From a virus, in IMG/VR virus record IMGVR_UViG_3300030012_001663, positions 31,397 to 95,396 of that record: a stretch of 64,000 nt of DNA, one strand, 5' to 3'. Below, one piece after another: positions 1-7,890 of this stretch. The position numbers were made by a program, and so were the translations under genes. Below the pieces are notes generated by a model. The model was not told the origin of the DNA and made no database searches. It saw only the letters and a list, made by a program, of their open reading frames with translations. The first letter of the stretch is position 1; each line of letters starts with the position of its first letter.

Positions 1-948
1 ACCTGCTGTACTTGTAAATTCAAGATTTGATCCGTTTAATGCAACATTAGTTATACCTAACCAACTAGGCATTTGTAATGCACGTGATTGAAATCCAGTT
101 ACGTGACCAAATTGATCAAGCTTAAGACCATTATTATTATTATTTGGATCCTGTCCAACAAGTAATTGAGGATCAATTGTATTACCATAACTTAAAGTTA
201 TAGCTGAACCAGCCGAAGTACCTGTAGCAGTAGGTGTACCATGATCAATAGTACCACCTGATACAGTAATTAGATTACCACCTGTTAGTGTTGTACCACC
301 AGCTGCTGTCTCAATTATATTACCATCTGTATCTACAGATAAATTATAAGTTGCTGTACCTGTCTTATTACCTTGACCATAGTCAACAAGCTTTACATTC
401 TTATGAATATCTACTATTTCTGCACCTGCTGTTGTTTTAATTTCAATTACTGGGTTATTACCAGCAGCACCAAGTCTTATACCAGCACCTGAATAATTAT
501 ATACAAATGCAAATCCATCTCCATCATCATCCCAACCAAAACTTGCTTTGAAGTTATTATCTTGTTTAATCAAAAATTCAGGATCACCTCCTGTAACTGA
601 GCTAGGTTTGTTTATAAAGAACCTATCACAGTTATTAAATCTCATTTGATACATACCGTTACTTAGTGGTGGTGATTGAGATAATTGACTATTCTCAATA
701 CTATCTCCACTTGCAGTAAACATAGGGATAGTTCTTTCAGAACCTGAGCCAGATATTTCTCCTACATCAAAGTAGGCTTTTAAATCTTTTAATCTAATGA
801 GTTCATTATGCATCTTAGGAGCCGTGAACATCATATCAACATCTAGCTTAGGTGTCTTACCTAAAACAAGAAAGTCCTGATCTTCACCAGTTTTTGTAAC
901 CTTTTTACGGGTTAACAGACCCATCATGTCTAATAACATATTTCCCAT
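1..948 (-). CDS. Fibre-like structural protein, truncated at the left window edge (not in ORF track)
   Basis: ATG at 948 overlaps the upstream TAA (TAATG). The frame is open to position 1: MGNMLLDMMGLLTRKKVTK... G/T/S/N-rich fibre-like C-terminal part. N-terminus resembles that of 2248..2853. Confidence 0.75.
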   Translation of the reverse strand, partial: MGNMLLDMMGLLTRKKVTKTGEDQDFLVLGKTPKLDVDMMFTAPKMHNELIRLKDLKAYFDVGEISGSGSERTIPMFTASGDSIENSQLSQSPPLSNGMYQMRFNNCDRFFINKPSSVTGGDPEFLIKQDNNFKASFGWDDDGDGFAFVYNYSGAGIRLGAAGNNPVIEIKTTAGAEIVDIHKNVKLVDYGQGNKTGTATYNLSVDTDGNIIETAAGGTTLTGGNLITVSGGTIDHGTPTATGTSAGSAITLSYGNTIDPQLLVGQDPNNNNNGLKLDQFGHVTGFQSRALQMPSWLGITNVALNGSNLEFTSTAG

Positions 949-1190
949 TATCTTTTCTTTCCTTTATGTAAACCATGCTTAGCATGTTGTTTACCTTTTT
1001 TAGTTGCTGCTCTTTTCTTTTTATTTGCTGCAGCTAGCTTAGCTCTACCTTTCTTAGTGCTTTTTAGCCTAGATATAGTTTTAGCAGGAGCATATACTTC
1101 TCCTGTCTCAGAACTCTTTTTACCAGATGCGGTTCTCCACTTCTGTTTTGTCCATCTATCTAAGCTCTTTTGTCTAGCTGTTTTAGCCAT
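948..1190 (-). CDS. Small basic protein, similar to the C-terminal half of DUF5872-like proteins
   Basis: 80 aa, very K/R-rich. Motifs QKSLDRWTKQKWRT, TGEVYAP, KKGKQ. Confidence 0.75.
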   Translation of the reverse strand: MAKTARQKSLDRWTKQKWRTASGKKSSETGEVYAPAKTISRLKSTKKGRAKLAAANKKKRAATKKGKQHAKHGLHKGKKR

Positions 1191-1192
1191 AA

Positions 1193-1327
1193 CTACTCAC
1201 TTTGTGCTGCAGCATGTGAGCCATCACAATTTCCTTCAGGATCTTGTGTGTTTCCACATACGCAGGGATTAATTCCATTATTCATTGCTATGTACATTTG
1301 TATACCTTCGTTTAACCAGTGATTCAT
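1193..1327 (-). CDS. Minimal CDGSH-type (3Cys-1His) iron-sulfur peptide, 44 aa
   Basis: ATG at 1327, 4 nt after the holin stop. Contains CVCGNTQDPEGNCDGSH. Confidence 0.65.
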   Translation of the reverse strand: MNHWLNEGIQMYIAMNNGINPCVCGNTQDPEGNCDGSHAAAQSE

Positions 1328-1331
1328 AATT

Positions 1332-1787
1332 TTACTTCTTAATAGTTTGAAACTTTTCAAATCCACGTGATCCAAAATAAGCCACGTAAATAGTAACAAG
1401 GAGTGTCTTGAGTAATTCTACCCAACTCTCATCTATATCAAAAGCAATATCAAGTGAGTCTAATACAATATAAAGAGATGTAATAACAGTAAGATATATT
1501 AGTGTCATTGGTCTAGTATTCTTACTTAACCAAGAATCAGATTTCATATCTGAGTCCCAACGCTTGCTTACTTCTTGCATCTCAATCATATCAAGCTCTA
1601 AAAGCTTCATTGCTTTTTCTTTATCTTCTGGTGTTAGTGAGGGCTCATTATCAATTAAACCTTTTACTACACCTAATACACCTGCGTCAGGTAAAACATC
1701 TCCAACTACACCTAATATACTAGGTACTTTATCAGTTAGAAACTTACCAACCTTGGTATCTTTAAATTTTTTCTTAGGTTTTGACAT
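1332..1787 (-). CDS. Holin, GTA_holin_3TM-like
   Basis: SDSWLSKNTRP followed by two hydrophobic helices and a terminal YFGSRGFEK motif typical of this family. Confidence 0.75.
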   Translation of the reverse strand: MSKPKKKFKDTKVGKFLTDKVPSILGVVGDVLPDAGVLGVVKGLIDNEPSLTPEDKEKAMKLLELDMIEMQEVSKRWDSDMKSDSWLSKNTRPMTLIYLTVITSLYIVLDSLDIAFDIDESWVELLKTLLVTIYVAYFGSRGFEKFQTIKK

Positions 1788-1984
1788 TATTTCTTTTTTC
1801 CTCTATAACCTCCACCGGCTGCTTTATATGCTTTTGCAAGCATTTGAGCTTTACGTGCTGACCACTGACCTGGTCTTCCACCTTTGCTACCCGCTTTGAT
1901 TCTATTAAACAATCTTTTACGCATTGTAGGCTTTGTATAATTACCTGATGCGTTTACTGTACTTTTTTTCTTTTTTGCTGGCAT
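1787..1984 (-). CDS. Small basic protein, similar to the N-terminal half of DUF5872-like proteins
   Basis: Start at ATG 1984 (MPAKKKK), 65 aa. Motif YTKP...KGGRPGQWSARKAQMLAKAYKAAGGGY. Confidence 0.75.
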   Translation of the reverse strand: MPAKKKKSTVNASGNYTKPTMRKRLFNRIKAGSKGGRPGQWSARKAQMLAKAYKAAGGGYRGKKK

Positions 1985-2003
1985 AATTATTCTTTTATAA
2001 CAT

Positions 2004-2237
2004 TTACTTGCTATGTCTCTTCTGTACTTTAAAGTTAGCAACTAAGGATGCTCCCTTGTGAGGTACAAACTTTCCAGAGTGCTTCATAAGTCTAAAACCA
2101 GATCCACTTTTCATCCAATGGAATCCTGCTGGAGCTTTTACCCCTTTAGTTCCAGTTGAACCACCTTTTTTATAGTTTACAACGCTTTTAGGCATTGTTC
2201 CTTTTTTCTTTGCTGCTTTTATTTTTTTTGCTGGCAT
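2004..2237 (-). CDS. Small basic hypothetical protein
   Basis: 77 aa, K-rich. Motifs YKKGG and VKAPAGFHWMK. Packed tightly in the operon. Confidence 0.7.
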   Translation of the reverse strand: MPAKKIKAAKKKGTMPKSVVNYKKGGSTGTKGVKAPAGFHWMKSGSGFRLMKHSGKFVPHKGASLVANFKVQKRHSK

Positions 2238-2247
2238 ATCTATAATT

Positions 2248-2853
2248 TTATATTGCTTCTGTTCCTAGTGTTCCATCATTAGCTACAGTCAATTTATATA
2301 CTGTACCGTTTGGTGATGATAACCTAACTTCAGTTGCAGGTCCTATTGTAATTTGATGCGTATTGTTTGAAACAGTTACGCCATCTCCCTTTAATGATTT
2401 AAATTGTAAAGTCTCTCCACTCTTTTGAGCAAACACTCCTGAGCCATCACCAACTGATTGACCCCATAGGTTTTCACCAGTATTAGGCTCACCTAAAGTG
2501 TTAATCTCTAAGAAGTCTCCGTTCTCAGCTACACTAAGATTCAGAGATAAAGACTTTAACTTTCTCAAATTTACTGTACAGTCTTCTGTCTCAGGATCAA
2601 TTACTGTATCTTTATAGACACCTGCTGTACTAGTAAGGTTTCCTGTTGGTACATTTACAAATGTGCATACATCTGCAGGTACCTTTAAATCAGAAACCTT
2701 TATAAGCTTAACTGACTTATATGGAATAGGAGAAGCAACACCGGTCATATCAGGCTTCTCATGTATACCAATAGGTATAACATCATTAGACTTAGCCTTC
2801 TTAATCAGCTTACCTCTCTTTAATAAACTTAATACGTCAGTAAGAATATTCAT
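2248..2853 (-). CDS. Putative virion fibre/decoration protein, 201 aa
   Basis: Likely start ATG 2853 (MNILTDVLSLL), 1 nt after the upstream stop. Contains N-x-G-x-G-x-GVF...L-x-FKSL fibre-like repeats and a C-terminal LSSPNGTVYKLTVANDGTL motif. Confidence 0.65.
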   Translation of the reverse strand: MNILTDVLSLLKRGKLIKKAKSNDVIPIGIHEKPDMTGVASPIPYKSVKLIKVSDLKVPADVCTFVNVPTGNLTSTAGVYKDTVIDPETEDCTVNLRKLKSLSLNLSVAENGDFLEINTLGEPNTGENLWGQSVGDGSGVFAQKSGETLQFKSLKGDGVTVSNNTHQITIGPATEVRLSSPNGTVYKLTVANDGTLGTEAI

Positions 2854-2854
2854 T

Positions 2855-3106
2855 TTATTTCTTTTTAGATGCTGTCCATCCACCCATTTTATATGCCTGC
2901 ATTCTCTTCTTAGAACCACCGTCACCGTAAACATATCTTTTTGTCTCAGATCCGTTTCTCATTTTTTGTTCCATGTTGTCAGCCATATCCATAGATGCAC
3001 CACCATAAGTCATCTTATTTAAAAGAGACTCACCACCGTTTTTCTTATAGCCCATTGCTTTTAGTTTATTAAACAAAGCTTGAGCGCCTTTCTTTTTTTC
3101 AGCCAT
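2855..3106 (-). CDS. Small basic protein built of xxxGG repeats
   Basis: Start MAEKKK at 3106. Contains KKNGG, MTYGG, MRNGS, YGDGG, YKMGG. Confidence 0.7.
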   Translation of the reverse strand: MAEKKKGAQALFNKLKAMGYKKNGGESLLNKMTYGGASMDMADNMEQKMRNGSETKRYVYGDGGSKKRMQAYKMGGWTASKKK

Positions 3107-3107
3107 T

Positions 3108-3254
3108 TTATTCAATATTTAATGTTAATGTACATACTAATAAAAACAACCTTGCGGTTGTAAATGCATGCTTCTCATCAGGAAGAAAAAACTCCCATCC
3201 TAGAGCACACCTTTCATGAGGCCAATGAAAGGCTATTTCTAAATCCCAATTCAT
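3108..3254 (-). CDS. 48-aa beta-rich hydrophobic peptide (not in ORF track)
   Basis: MNWDLEIAFHWPHERCALGWEFFLPDEKHAFTTARLFLLVCTLTLNIE*. ATGA overlap with the upstream gene; fills the gap exactly. Confidence 0.65.
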   Translation of the reverse strand: MNWDLEIAFHWPHERCALGWEFFLPDEKHAFTTARLFLLVCTLTLNIE

Positions 3255-3385
3255 CTTCCTTGACCTCTATATTTCTTTTTGTAGTTCTTACTAAGCTTAT
3301 TAACTGATGTCTTTGTCTTAGCATGAACTCCTGGTCTCTTTTTCTTAGCGGGCTTAACGTAAGCTTTTAGTACTAATCTAGCCAT
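3251..3385 (-). CDS. 44-aa basic peptide ending YRGQGR (not in ORF track)
   Basis: MARLVLKAYVKPAKKKRPGVHAKTKTSVNKLSKNYKKKYRGQGR*. Overlaps neighbours on both sides (TAATG, ATGA). Confidence 0.75.
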   Translation of the reverse strand: MARLVLKAYVKPAKKKRPGVHAKTKTSVNKLSKNYKKKYRGQGR

Positions 3386-3633
3386 TACTTTTTCTTTCTT
3401 GGTCTACCTCTACGTTTTTTACCCTTAGCAGCATCTACTACATCACCAGCTTGATCAGCTACTTCTGAGATAGCATCTGCTACATCTTTCATTTCTTCTT
3501 TAACCCTCTTCACTCTTTGCTTAGTTGCTTTTACAACAGCAGTGGCTCTCTCATCAACTGTAGTCTTTGACCAGACCCAGTCCCATGCACTCTTTACAGA
3601 GGATTTAATTTGGTTTAATACTTTTTTAAACAT
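3385..3633 (-). CDS. Small helical protein with C-terminal AT-hook
   Basis: Amphipathic helices; ends KKRRGRPRKKK (RGRP core). Confidence 0.7.
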   Translation of the reverse strand: MFKKVLNQIKSSVKSAWDWVWSKTTVDERATAVVKATKQRVKRVKEEMKDVADAISEVADQAGDVVDAAKGKKRRGRPRKKK

Positions 3634-3656
3634 TTTGTTTTATTTTGGTTATATAC

Positions 3657-3668
3657 TAAATATACAAA
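3657..3668 (-). promoter_or_regulatory. Phage promoter-like motif, variant TTTGTATATTTA
   Basis: Intergenic, upstream of the ATG at 3633, same orientation as the gene. Near-match to the repeated 12-mer. Confidence 0.5.
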
Positions 3669-3688
3669 AATTCAATCTTTTATCCAAT

Positions 3689-4003
3689 TTATACATTTTT
3701 AAGTCTATCATTCTCTTTTTCTAAGAACTCAACTTTTACAGTTAACTCGCCAACTTCCTTTGTTAAGCTAAGTATCTGTGCTCTCATAAGATCTTTTTCT
3801 TCTGAGCTGTCTTGTAATAATTTTTCAAGTCGTTTGACTCTTTCTCTAAGATCGTCTCTGTACATGTTTTGATCATTAATTTCTCTTTCTTCTGCCCTTG
3901 CTTTGTTGCTGATGTATCTTTCGTAAAATCTCCAAGCGCCAGCTGAAAACAAAACACCTATGAGTGTTACTACTACTGTCGTAATATTATCTAAGTTCTG
4001 CAT
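3689..4003 (-). CDS. Membrane-anchored coiled-coil protein, possibly lysis-associated
   Basis: N-terminal TM (TVVVTLIGVLFSAGAW) followed by a long heptad coiled coil. Confidence 0.65.
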   Translation of the reverse strand: MQNLDNITTVVVTLIGVLFSAGAWRFYERYISNKARAEEREINDQNMYRDDLRERVKRLEKLLQDSSEEKDLMRAQILSLTKEVGELTVKVEFLEKENDRLKNV

Positions 4004-4367
4004 TGTTCTTCTTTCTATAGTAATGTTTAGTAATCTGATATAATATTATACCTGACATCATTATAGTAGTTAACCATATCCAGGCAAAAGGATTAATCAT
4101 AACACCTGAAAGACACAAGTAGATGTTTACAAAAACTGAAAATATGAAGGAGCCATAAGCTAAAGATTTTCTAACTCTTAAGTTATGAATGCATGTGGAT
4201 TTGATAAGGGCAAGTCCTAGAAGAATACTAGGTACAACTAAATAAAGTTTAAACCCTAAAGATAAAGTAGAAATCATTGGGAATAGGATAGCCCAAATAA
4301 ACCCCAAAATAAGTTCAAGGGGTTCAGAATCATAATAGGTAAAAATATTTACTACTTTTTTAATCAT
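3987..4367 (-). CDS. Four-TM integral membrane protein
   Basis: Four hydrophobic segments and a basic C-terminus; overlaps the downstream gene. Confidence 0.65.
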   Translation of the reverse strand: MIKKVVNIFTYYDSEPLELILGFIWAILFPMISTLSLGFKLYLVVPSILLGLALIKSTCIHNLRVRKSLAYGSFIFSVFVNIYLCLSGVMINPFAWIWLTTIMMSGIILYQITKHYYRKKNNAELR

Positions 4368-4420
4368 TACAGAAATATAAACACTATATTTGTGACTAGG
4401 TGTTATGCTTAGTCCTATAA

Positions 4421-4432
4421 ATAATATACAAA
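4421..4432 (-). promoter_or_regulatory. Phage promoter-like motif TTTGTATATTAT
   Basis: Exact 12-mer in the divergent intergenic region, upstream of the ATG at 4367. Confidence 0.55.
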
Positions 4433-4476
4433 TTTATTTGGATATTATAAACTTAAACACTTTAAATTTTATATAT

Positions 4477-4668
4477 ATGAATGCAATAGAACAAGATGAA
4501 AGTGGATTTGGATTCCACTTTAATTTATTACCCCCAGAGAGTTTATTAGGTTTTAAAACCATCAACTGTGAAGTACGTTGTAAAGATGAAGAATGGAGAT
4601 CACTAAAAGGTCTTGAAGTAGGATTTTTGTTTTTCACTTTAACTTTTAAATATATTCCCTGGAAATAA
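4477..4668 (+). CDS. Small beta-rich hypothetical protein, 63 aa
   Basis: Likely start MNAIEQDESG at 4477. Residue pattern resembles the 3108..3254 and 10731..10865 peptides. Confidence 0.55.
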   Translation: MNAIEQDESGFGFHFNLLPPESLLGFKTINCEVRCKDEEWRSLKGLEVGFLFFTLTFKYIPWK

Positions 4669-4714
4669 TTTGTAAGGCACATCAATTTTTCTTAAATTGA
4701 ATATAGTGAATAAC

Positions 4715-4750
4715 AAGCAGTATGACCCTAGGGCTGTACTGCTTTCTTGT
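4715..4750 (+). terminator. Stem-loop upstream of nrdB (terminator or leader hairpin)
   Basis: AAGCAGTAT-GACCCTAGGGCT-GTACTGCTT followed by TCTTGTCTT. Confidence 0.45.
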
Positions 4751-4774
4751 CTTAACTCATAAATACTTAATAGA

Positions 4775-5755
4775 ATGAATAAAAATATCTTTGAACCACG
4801 CACTAATATCCTGCCTTATGAATACCCACAACTACTAGAGTATAAAGACGCCATAAGGCATTCTTATTGGATAGATACAGAATACAATTTTACTGAAGAC
4901 ATTAGTGACTTTATGACTAGAGTCAACTCAATGGAAAGAGAAGCAATTAAAAGGACTATGCTTGCTATTGCACAGATAGAAGTTAATGTCAAAACTTTTT
5001 GGGGTGACTTGTATAAACGTATGCCTATCACAGAAATTGGTGATGTTGGATTTACTTTTGCTGAATCAGAGGTAAGACACAAAGATGCTTATGCTAGACT
5101 TCTCAGAATACTTGGATTAGAAGAAGAGTTTAAGAACGTTATAAAAGAGCCTGCTATTGAAGGTAGGCTTAAGTACTTAAAGAAGTACTTAGATGGTACA
5201 AGATCTAGAGATAATAAAATGTATACTAAATCTGTTTTATTATTCTCTCTATTTATAGAACATGTTAGTTTATTTAGCCAGTTTCTTATCATGATGTCTT
5301 TTAACAAAGAGAAAAATATATTTAAAGGTATTTCTAATGTTGTTGAAGCTACATCTAAAGAAGAAGATATACATGGTAACTTTGGTGCTGAATTAATTAA
5401 TATTATTAAAAGTGAAAACCCTGAGTGGTTTGATGCAGAGTTTGAAGAACTAATATACTCTGCATGTAGAAAAGCATACAAAGCAGAATGTGGTATTGTT
5501 GATTGGATCTTTGAACAAGGTGAGTTAAACTTCTTACCTAAGAATACTATATTCAATTTCATAAAGAATAGATTTAATAATTCACTTAAAAAAATAGGTA
5601 TGAACCCAATCTTTGATGTGGATGATGCTATACTTATGGATACTATGTGGTTTGAGGTTGAGATTACTTCTACCAAAGAAGGAGACTTCTTCTATAAAAA
5701 GTCTATAGATTATAATAAAAAGAGTAAGAGCATCACTGTTGATGACTTATTTTAA
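4775..5755 (+). CDS. nrdB: Class I ribonucleotide reductase beta subunit, class Id-like
   Basis: Ferritin-like ligands E69, E99xxH102, second-half E and ExxH. Y106 retained; K73 in IEVNVKTFW. C-terminal SITVDDLF, as recalled for flavobacterial NrdB. Confidence 0.93.
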   Translation: MNKNIFEPRTNILPYEYPQLLEYKDAIRHSYWIDTEYNFTEDISDFMTRVNSMEREAIKRTMLAIAQIEVNVKTFWGDLYKRMPITEIGDVGFTFAESEVRHKDAYARLLRILGLEEEFKNVIKEPAIEGRLKYLKKYLDGTRSRDNKMYTKSVLLFSLFIEHVSLFSQFLIMMSFNKEKNIFKGISNVVEATSKEEDIHGNFGAELINIIKSENPEWFDAEFEELIYSACRKAYKAECGIVDWIFEQGELNFLPKNTIFNFIKNRFNNSLKKIGMNPIFDVDDAILMDTMWFEVEITSTKEGDFFYKKSIDYNKKSKSITVDDLF

Positions 5756-5766
5756 AACCAAAATAA

Positions 5767-7392
5767 ATGGAGTACACTAAATACTATTGGCTGAATGAAG
5801 ACAGCCGTAAATTTTTATCAAGAGGATATATATCAGAGGAACCAGAACAAAGAATAAAAGACATAGCAAATACTGCAGAAAAGTATTTGAATATGCCAGG
5901 CTTTGCACAGAAGTTTGAAAACTATATGTCAAAAGGTTTCTATAGTTTATCTACACCAGTATGGATAAACTTTGGTAAGCAAAAAGGTTTACCTATTAGT
6001 TGCTACGGATCAAACATAGATGATAATCTAGATAGCATACTAAATGCTGGACGTGAAATAGGCATGATGTCTAAGTATGGTGGTGGTACTAGTTGTTACT
6101 TAGGTAATATTAGACCAAGAGGATCTGAAATTAGTACAGGAGGCCATGCTGATGGTCCTGTACACTATGCTAGAATATATGATACAGTTGTTGATGTGTG
6201 TAAACAATCTGAAGCAAGGCGTGGGGCGTGTGCTGCATACTTACCTTTAGAGCACCCAGACATCATGGAGTTCTTAGATATTGGTACTGAGGGAAACCCT
6301 ATACAAAACTTACAGTATGGTGTTACTGTGACCAATAACTGGATGGAGCAGATGCGGGCTGGAGATAAAGACAAACGTAAAGTGTGGGCTAAAGTCATTC
6401 AAAGAAGAAGTGAATTTGGTTTTCCTTACATAATGTTTAAGGACAACTCTAATGATAACTCTCCTTATAAAGAGATTGGTATGGAGATCACCGCATCTAA
6501 TTTATGTTCTGAGATACAACTACCAACAGACACCTATAACTCTTTTGTTTGTTGTCTTGGTTCTATTAACCTATTACACTGGGATGAGATCCTAAAGACT
6601 GATGCAATAGAAACATATGTGTTCTTCCTTAATGCTGTTATGGATGAGTTTATCAAAAAGGCTGAAGTAAAAGCTGGACTAAAAAGAGCATATAACTTTG
6701 CTAAACAACACAGAGCTATAGGTTTAGGTGTTCTTGGATACCATAGTTTATTCCAATCAAAGCTTATTGAGTTTGAGTCACTTGCAGCTAAACAACTCAA
6801 TAATCATATATTTAAGCATTTAAAAGAAGTATCTGATAATGCATCTAGATGGTTGTATGAACACAGAGGCTACAGGTCCTTGCGTGAAGGTTTTGCAAAT
6901 ACAACACTAATGGCTATTGCGCCTACTAAATCTAGTTCATTTATACACGGTGCAGTATCTATGGGTATTGAACCAATCAAGTCCAACTACTTTATTAAAG
7001 ATCTTGCTAAATCAAAAACTGTTTATAAAAATCCTTTCTTAGAGTGTGAATTAGAAAAGTATGGATTAAATAATAAAAAGACTTGGGATAGTATACTTAA
7101 GAAAGATGGGTCTGTTCAACACTTAGACTTTCCTACTAAGGCTGTATTTAAGTCATTTGTAGAGATAACACCAAAAGAGTTAGTTCTTCAAGCGGCACAA
7201 AGACAAAAGTATATTGATCAATCACAGTCACTAAACTTAATGATACACCCTTCTGTTCCAGCAAAAGATATAAACGCTTTGTATATATATGCATATGAAG
7301 AAGGTGTAAAAACATTATACTATCAGTTTAGTCAAAACTCAGCTCAAGCATTCTCCAGAAATATCTTAGAGTGTGCAAGTTGTGAAGGCTAA
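5767..7392 (+). CDS. nrdA: Class I ribonucleotide reductase alpha subunit, no ATP cone
   Basis: PISCY, SNLCSEI, VCCLGSINL, IAPT, KTLYY and C-terminal CASCEG. Only 541 aa. Confidence 0.95.
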   Translation: MEYTKYYWLNEDSRKFLSRGYISEEPEQRIKDIANTAEKYLNMPGFAQKFENYMSKGFYSLSTPVWINFGKQKGLPISCYGSNIDDNLDSILNAGREIGMMSKYGGGTSCYLGNIRPRGSEISTGGHADGPVHYARIYDTVVDVCKQSEARRGACAAYLPLEHPDIMEFLDIGTEGNPIQNLQYGVTVTNNWMEQMRAGDKDKRKVWAKVIQRRSEFGFPYIMFKDNSNDNSPYKEIGMEITASNLCSEIQLPTDTYNSFVCCLGSINLLHWDEILKTDAIETYVFFLNAVMDEFIKKAEVKAGLKRAYNFAKQHRAIGLGVLGYHSLFQSKLIEFESLAAKQLNNHIFKHLKEVSDNASRWLYEHRGYRSLREGFANTTLMAIAPTKSSSFIHGAVSMGIEPIKSNYFIKDLAKSKTVYKNPFLECELEKYGLNNKKTWDSILKKDGSVQHLDFPTKAVFKSFVEITPKELVLQAAQRQKYIDQSQSLNLMIHPSVPAKDINALYIYAYEEGVKTLYYQFSQNSAQAFSRNILECASCEG

Positions 7393-7413
7393 TAAAATTA
7401 ATACTTGACAGAT

Positions 7414-7449
7414 AAGAACCGGTTAGAAATGGCCGGTTCTTTTTTGTTT
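7414..7449 (+). terminator. Rho-independent terminator of nrdBA
   Basis: AAGAACCGGTTA-GAAA-TGGCCGGTTCTT followed by TTTTGTTT. Confidence 0.88.
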
Positions 7450-7461
7450 ACACATATTTAA

Positions 7462-7473
7462 TTTGTATATTAT
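7462..7473 (+). promoter_or_regulatory. Phage promoter-like motif TTTGTATATTAT for the envelope cassette
   Basis: Exact 12-mer just after the nrdA terminator and 42 nt before the ATG at 7516. Confidence 0.6.
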
Positions 7474-7515
7474 AGTATAAACCAACTCAAGATTATTAAC
7501 ATAAAAATAGTAATT

Positions 7516-7890
7516 ATGAGTTTTCTTAAAGATAAAGAACTAAGAGGATACCTTGGTGCAGCCACTGTATTCTTATTAGTAATGGGTCTTCTACTCTTCT
7601 TAGCATTTTTTGAAATACCTGATACAAACAATGATATATTCAAAGTTATTGTAGGTATGCTTGTTGGCTCACTATCTGTTGTTATCTATACTTTTATAGG
7701 TAAAAACCCAGAAGAAGTTGAGTCACTTAAAGCTAAGAATGAAGCATTAGAAGATAAAGTCAGTCAGATGGTGATAGAAAAAGATAAATTAGAGCTTTTA
7801 CTCAGAGACCTACAAACAGAGGTTATTGATAAGCTATCTCTTACAGGAGAGCATTTTGCCTTTTCATCACTTGAAGAAGATGAAGAATAG
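7516..7890 (+). CDS. Two-TM membrane protein with C-terminal coiled coil
   Basis: Two hydrophobic helices joined by an IPDTNND loop, then heptad repeats. Holin-like topology. Confidence 0.7.
   Translation: MSFLKDKELRGYLGAATVFLLVMGLLLFLAFFEIPDTNNDIFKVIVGMLVGSLSVVIYTFIGKNPEEVESLKAKNEALEDKVSQMVIEKDKLELLLRDLQTEVIDKLSLTGEHFAFSSLEEDEE

Noticed and set aside
4385-4392. TATATTTG as plus-strand promoter
   Set aside because: Matches the -7 box but has no -33 element at correct spacing in a very AT-rich stretch; not enough support to list as a feature.
4775-7392. Intein, intron or homing endonuclease in RNR genes
   Set aside because: Both ORFs are compact and continuous, with normally spaced motifs.
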